Shown: piece by piece, positions 60,044-64,000 of the stretch | Numbering within the stretch: the stretch's first letter is position 1 | Layout of the letters: every line of letters begins with the position of its first letter | Origin: Bacteroidota bacterium | GTDB lineage: Bacteria > Bacteroidota > Bacteroidia > CAILMK01 | Assembly (NCBI GenBank): GCA_034440515.1 | Contig: JAWXCF010000099.1 | Location: forward strand, 2,270 to 66,269 | Length of the DNA stretch: 64,000 nt | Direction of reading: 5' to 3' | Notes under the pieces: generated by a model | Told to the model about the DNA's origin: nothing | The model's input: the letters and a program-made list of their open reading frames with translations, nothing else | Databases searched by the model: none | Made by a program: the position numbers and the translations under genes

Positions 60044-61669
60044 TTATTGTTTAACTACTTTTAGCTCAATACGTCTGTTTAATTTTCTACCTTCTAATGT
60101 TTTATTATCACCTAAGAATTTAGACTCACTTAAGGCTACTGTTCTTATTTGATTTTCTTTAACACCTTGTTGTAGTAAATATCTTTTTACAGAATTGGCT
60201 CTTTGTTGACTTATGTATTTATTGAATTTGTAGGTACCAGTTGCATCTGCATACCCCATTATTTCAATTACCATATTAGGGCTTTTTACTAAAACATCTA
60301 TAAGTGCATCAAGTTGTGGGTAGCTATTAGGAAGAACTTCTGCATTTTCATTACCAAAGTAGATATTGTCTAAATAGTAATTATTGCCTTGAACATTTCC
60401 TGGTTTACGACTATTTTGACCGTTTCCTCTGTTACCATTTTGGCCATTACCATTCGTCTCTTTATTCAGTTCGCCTACCACACCATTATTTTGACTACGA
60501 GGAATCAAGCCATTTGCAGCATCAACTGAATCAATCATATCTTTCTTAAATTGATCCATATTGCCACGAATTTTGTCATTTTCATTTTCCACCTCAGTAA
60601 CTTTAGCATTCGTTTTATTTAGTTCCTTACGCAGGCTGTCTTGGGTCTTTTTAGACATTACTTCGATATTGTCTAATCTGTCTTTTAACATTGCCTCTTT
60701 TTTATCGTTAGCACTTCTACCGAATTGTAATCCTAATGTAATCTCGTGTGTACCACCTAAATACTGAGCTGTAGGAGTAGTCACCCAATCATAAGCGTAA
60801 CTAACTATAAGTCTTTCGTGAATTTTCACACCTACAGAAGTAGTAAAGGCATATTTGTTACGATACATTAACCCAACAAAGTAAGTATTTTTCCAACTGG
60901 TCATTACTGAACCATCAAACTGAATAGGAGCACCACGTACTGCTGTTGCAAATAACATTGGTTCAACTTTCAATCTGTCTTCTGAGAACAAGAATGCATA
61001 TTTCAAAGTACCAATGTAGTGTCTGTCAAATTGAAATCTATTTAGATTTCTCACTTGATTAAAGCTATTGTATCTAACTGCTGGTGCAAGAAGTTGTGGT
61101 ACAGCAATACCAGCCTCAATTCCTTTGAAATGATATCTAACCCCGAATGATGCATCAAATGTGGTTCTGTTTGCTAATTGACTGCCTAATAAATTATCAT
61201 TAGCATCTCGAACACTTATTTGCGAATAGTCAATTCCATTGTTTAGAACGCCAACCCCAGCACCTAGTGCTAGGTAGTGTTTCTCATTGAAATTCATACG
61301 GTAACTATAGTTAAAGTTTGCACCAGTCCTATGAAAGTATGAAATCTGGTCGTTATACACGCTAAGTCCAATACCTATTTTCTGAGCCTTGATAGGTCCA
61401 TCAATAGTTACGGCTTGTGTAGCAGGTGCGCCTGGCATACCAGTCCACTGCTGTCTGTTTATCACGAATATTTTCGCATAGTCTGTAGATCCTGCATATG
61501 CAGGATTATACAGAAATGGATTAAAGTAGTATTGACTATACAAAGGCACTTGTTGTGCATTTGCAGCCGTAAAAGAACTGCATACTATCGTAGCAATTGC
61601 AATCACGAACTTGGTATATTTTGAGATTATATTCATCTTATTATTCTTTTTTAATGTTTTGAATATCAT
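60044..61669 (-). CDS. T9SS PorP/SprF-family membrane protein fused to a C-terminal OmpA-like peptidoglycan-binding domain
   Basis: The N-terminus QQVPLYSQYYFNPFLYNPAYAGSTDYAKI... is the PorP/SprF signature (compare QDPQFSQYMFNPLYINPAYAG). The C-terminus NIYFGNENAEVLPNSYPQLDALIDVL...IEIMGYADATGTYKFNKYISQQRANSVKRYL is an OmpA_C domain. The start lies 2 nt after the stop of the upstream type B CTD cargo gene. Confidence 0.8.
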   Translation of the reverse strand: MIFKTLKKNNKMNIISKYTKFVIAIATIVCSSFTAANAQQVPLYSQYYFNPFLYNPAYAGSTDYAKIFVINRQQWTGMPGAPATQAVTIDGPIKAQKIGIGLSVYNDQISYFHRTGANFNYSYRMNFNEKHYLALGAGVGVLNNGIDYSQISVRDANDNLLGSQLANRTTFDASFGVRYHFKGIEAGIAVPQLLAPAVRYNSFNQVRNLNRFQFDRHYIGTLKYAFLFSEDRLKVEPMLFATAVRGAPIQFDGSVMTSWKNTYFVGLMYRNKYAFTTSVGVKIHERLIVSYAYDWVTTPTAQYLGGTHEITLGLQFGRSANDKKEAMLKDRLDNIEVMSKKTQDSLRKELNKTNAKVTEVENENDKIRGNMDQFKKDMIDSVDAANGLIPRSQNNGVVGELNKETNGNGQNGNRGNGQNSRKPGNVQGNNYYLDNIYFGNENAEVLPNSYPQLDALIDVLVKSPNMVIEIMGYADATGTYKFNKYISQQRANSVKRYLLQQGVKENQIRTVALSESKFLGDNKTLEGRKLNRRIELKVVKQ

Positions 61670-61671
61670 TG

Positions 61672-64000
61672 CTATTCTTTACTGCGAATTACGTTTACGG
61701 CCCCTTTGTACATCTTATCTCTACCTGGTACTGTGATGGTGTAGAAATAGGTACCGTCTGGTAATTGCTTACCACCCCATATTCCACCCCAATCTTCTTG
61801 GTAATTAGTTTGATCTAATATTACTTGACCATATCTATTAAAGATTTTCACTTGCGCTTCAGGATAGGTTTTAATGTTACCAATAAACCAGAAATCATTT
61901 GCACCATCATTATTTGGTGTCAACGTATTGGCTATGATTAAGCTAAAGTCATCTATAACTGTAATGTTTACTGTATCTGAACTTACACACCCATTTGAGT
62001 CTGTACCTGTAACTATGTACTGTGTAGTAATTAGAGGTGTTGCTTTCGGATTGGCAATATTTGGATTATCTAAGCCAGTTATAGGAGACCAAATATATGT
62101 TTGACCACCAGTTGCAATCAACTGTACTGTAAACCCTTTGCTAATAGTTGTATCACGATTAGTTCTAATTTTAGGTAATGGGTAAACCGTCACTCTAATG
62201 CTATCACTATTGCTACAACCATTGTTATTAATTACAGTTAATTTATATACACCAGAAGTAGTTACCGTAATAGATTGGGTTGTTGCACCTGTGCTCCATA
62301 AATATGCTGTCATACCTGCAGGTCCAGTTAGTGTAACATTTCCACCATCACAGAATTGTAATGGTCCATTAGGAGTAATAGTCGCTAAAGGCAACGGATT
62401 AACAGTAACTAATTTTACTACCGTATCTAGGCATCCTCTATTATTTCTAACTACCAATGATACGTTGTAGTTACCTGGTCTAACATAAGTATGTTTAGGT
62501 GTTTTGCCTGTACTAAATGTGCTATCACCAAATGACCAAGTATAGTCAACTATATAACCAGATGCAGTAGTACTTTGATCATCAAATAGAGTTGTCTTAC
62601 CTATACAAACTGGTAGAGCATTGAAGTTTGCGATCGGTTTAGGATAAATGGTAATTCTATTAGTGACTGAGTCTCTGCAACCGTTTGTATTTGTTACAGT
62701 CAAAGTCACATCAAAGCTGCCAAATCCATTAAATCTAAATTTAGGGTCTCTTAATGTGCTGGTTTGACCTACTCCAAATTTCCATAAATAGCTCAATTTA
62801 CCTTGACTAGTGTTGCTTGAATTAATAAACTGTACAGTGTCATTTTGACAAACAGGTATAGAACTAAATGCTGCTGTAGGTTGTGCAAATATTACTAATG
62901 GTTTAGTTATAGTGGTAGTACAACCCCTATCGCTAGTTACAGTAAATGTTACATTGTAGTTACCTGGTTGAGAGTATCTGTATCTTGGGTTAGCTATGTT
63001 AGATGTGCCACCGTCACCAAAATTCCAAGCATAAGTAGTTATAGAATAACCGCCGGTTATGGTAGAAGTGTTAGTAAATCTAACTGTGTCACTAAGACAA
63101 GTATTTGATACATTAAAGTTTGCTACTGGGTTATTATAGATAACTATCGGTTTAGTAATAGAATCTTTACAACCTTCTGTACTTGTAACTACTAATTTAA
63201 CATTATATGTACCAGGTATATTGTACGTGTAAGCAGGCTCTTGATTTCTGCTACTACCACCGTCACCAAATGTCCAAACATACGATTGGATATTTCCTGA
63301 TGGAATGGTTGAAGAGTTTCTAAAGCTTGCAACTCTACCTGCACATACGTCTGTAGTAGTAAAGTTAGGGACTGGGCGAGGGTTAACTCGTATAACTGCT
63401 GTGCCCAATGCTGTATTGCTACAACCTGTTGTAATGTTTGTTACGCTTACTAATTGATACACTTGGTCTATTGGTGGGAATGTTATCGCACCAGTATTAA
63501 CTGTAAATGTACCAGGACCTGTTCCTGATAATACTTGTGGAACACCATTTAATGTATAATTGATGTTAAAAGATTGCCCTGAAAGTACATTGCTAACTGT
63601 AAATGATATTACTGCACTAGAACCTGTACATATTTGTGTAGTTCCACTTATGGTTGCTACTGGTAGTGAATTAACTGACACAATTGCAATGTTAGTAAAT
63701 GAACCTGGACATACACCAGACTGAACAAATGCCCTATATCTGGTAGATACAGTCAAGTTAGAATAACTTAAGCTATTAGTTGTATTGCTAATTATTGTCC
63801 AATTCAAACCACCATCCATACTAGATTCCCATCTTAATACACTACCAGTGTTTCCACTTAGCGTTAATGTACCAGAATTGGTACCGAAGCAAACAAATGG
63901 TGCAGATGGTGATATAGTACCAGCCACTGTAGTAGGACTGATAGTTACTACGTACGTACCCGATAATGCATTGCTACAAGTTGGTAATACAAAAGTGTTA
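61672..64000 (-). CDS. Secreted PKD/Ig-like repeat protein with a T9SS type B (CHU_C-like) CTD; 5' end lies beyond the window
   Basis: Several PKD signatures (WTFGDGGSS, WNFGDGGTS, WKFGVGQTS, WSFGDSTFS). C-terminus ...TLTPNNDGANDFWFIGNIKTYPEAQVKIFNRYGQVI...GGKQLPDGTYFYTI. The reading frame stays open to position 64000. Confidence 0.8.
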   Translation of the reverse strand, partial: NTFVLPTCSNALSGTYVVTISPTTVAGTISPSAPFVCFGTNSGTLTLSGNTGSVLRWESSMDGGLNWTIISNTTNSLSYSNLTVSTRYRAFVQSGVCPGSFTNIAIVSVNSLPVATISGTTQICTGSSAVISFTVSNVLSGQSFNINYTLNGVPQVLSGTGPGTFTVNTGAITFPPIDQVYQLVSVTNITTGCSNTALGTAVIRVNPRPVPNFTTTDVCAGRVASFRNSSTIPSGNIQSYVWTFGDGGSSRNQEPAYTYNIPGTYNVKLVVTSTEGCKDSITKPIVIYNNPVANFNVSNTCLSDTVRFTNTSTITGGYSITTYAWNFGDGGTSNIANPRYRYSQPGNYNVTFTVTSDRGCTTTITKPLVIFAQPTAAFSSIPVCQNDTVQFINSSNTSQGKLSYLWKFGVGQTSTLRDPKFRFNGFGSFDVTLTVTNTNGCRDSVTNRITIYPKPIANFNALPVCIGKTTLFDDQSTTASGYIVDYTWSFGDSTFSTGKTPKHTYVRPGNYNVSLVVRNNRGCLDTVVKLVTVNPLPLATITPNGPLQFCDGGNVTLTGPAGMTAYLWSTGATTQSITVTTSGVYKLTVINNNGCSNSDSIRVTVYPLPKIRTNRDTTISKGFTVQLIATGGQTYIWSPITGLDNPNIANPKATPLITTQYIVTGTDSNGCVSSDTVNITVIDDFSLIIANTLTPNNDGANDFWFIGNIKTYPEAQVKIFNRYGQVILDQTNYQEDWGGIWGGKQLPDGTYFYTITVPGRDKMYKGAVNVIRSKE

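Overview
This is a low-GC Bacteroidota (Cytophagia/Flavobacteriia-like) chromosomal segment. Housekeeping genes (proS, folA-thyA, a 2-oxo-acid dehydrogenase E2, rho, dapF, htrA, radA, gap, tRNA-Glu, an aspC-like aminotransferase, a heptose kinase, trhO) alternate with a dense set of type IX secretion system (T9SS) cargo genes. Six ORFs carry recognisable T9SS C-terminal sorting domains. Four are type B / CHU_C-like ("FTPNGDGxND...NRWG"): 20268-23999, 34023-34481, 48501-56189 and 61672->64000. Two are type A / Por_Secre_tail-like: 34835-37960 and 43424-44701. A PorP/SprF-OmpA fusion lies directly downstream of one type B cargo. I found no CRISPR arrays, rRNA genes, transposases or integrases. 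The candidates for undescribed biology are: (i) an operon at 1247-4154 encoding a lipoprotein made almost entirely of FUS-like G/S/Y/N/P aromatic low-complexity sequence plus Q/N/P-rich 25-aa tandem repeats, followed by a 500-aa outer-membrane beta-barrel; (ii) a three-gene cluster next to tRNA-Glu (ATP-grasp, YqcI/YcgG-like, DUF1989); (iii) a kinase-less phosphorelay module headed by an HTH-less sigma-54 activator (32721-33932) followed by an Hpt protein and two single-domain CheY-like receivers; (iv) a vWA plus ChlI-like AAA+ ATPase pair (56316-58937); (v) a 'signal peptide + type B CTD only' mini-protein (34023-34481). All functional calls are from reading the translated ORFs for family-specific motifs. 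No database search was possible.
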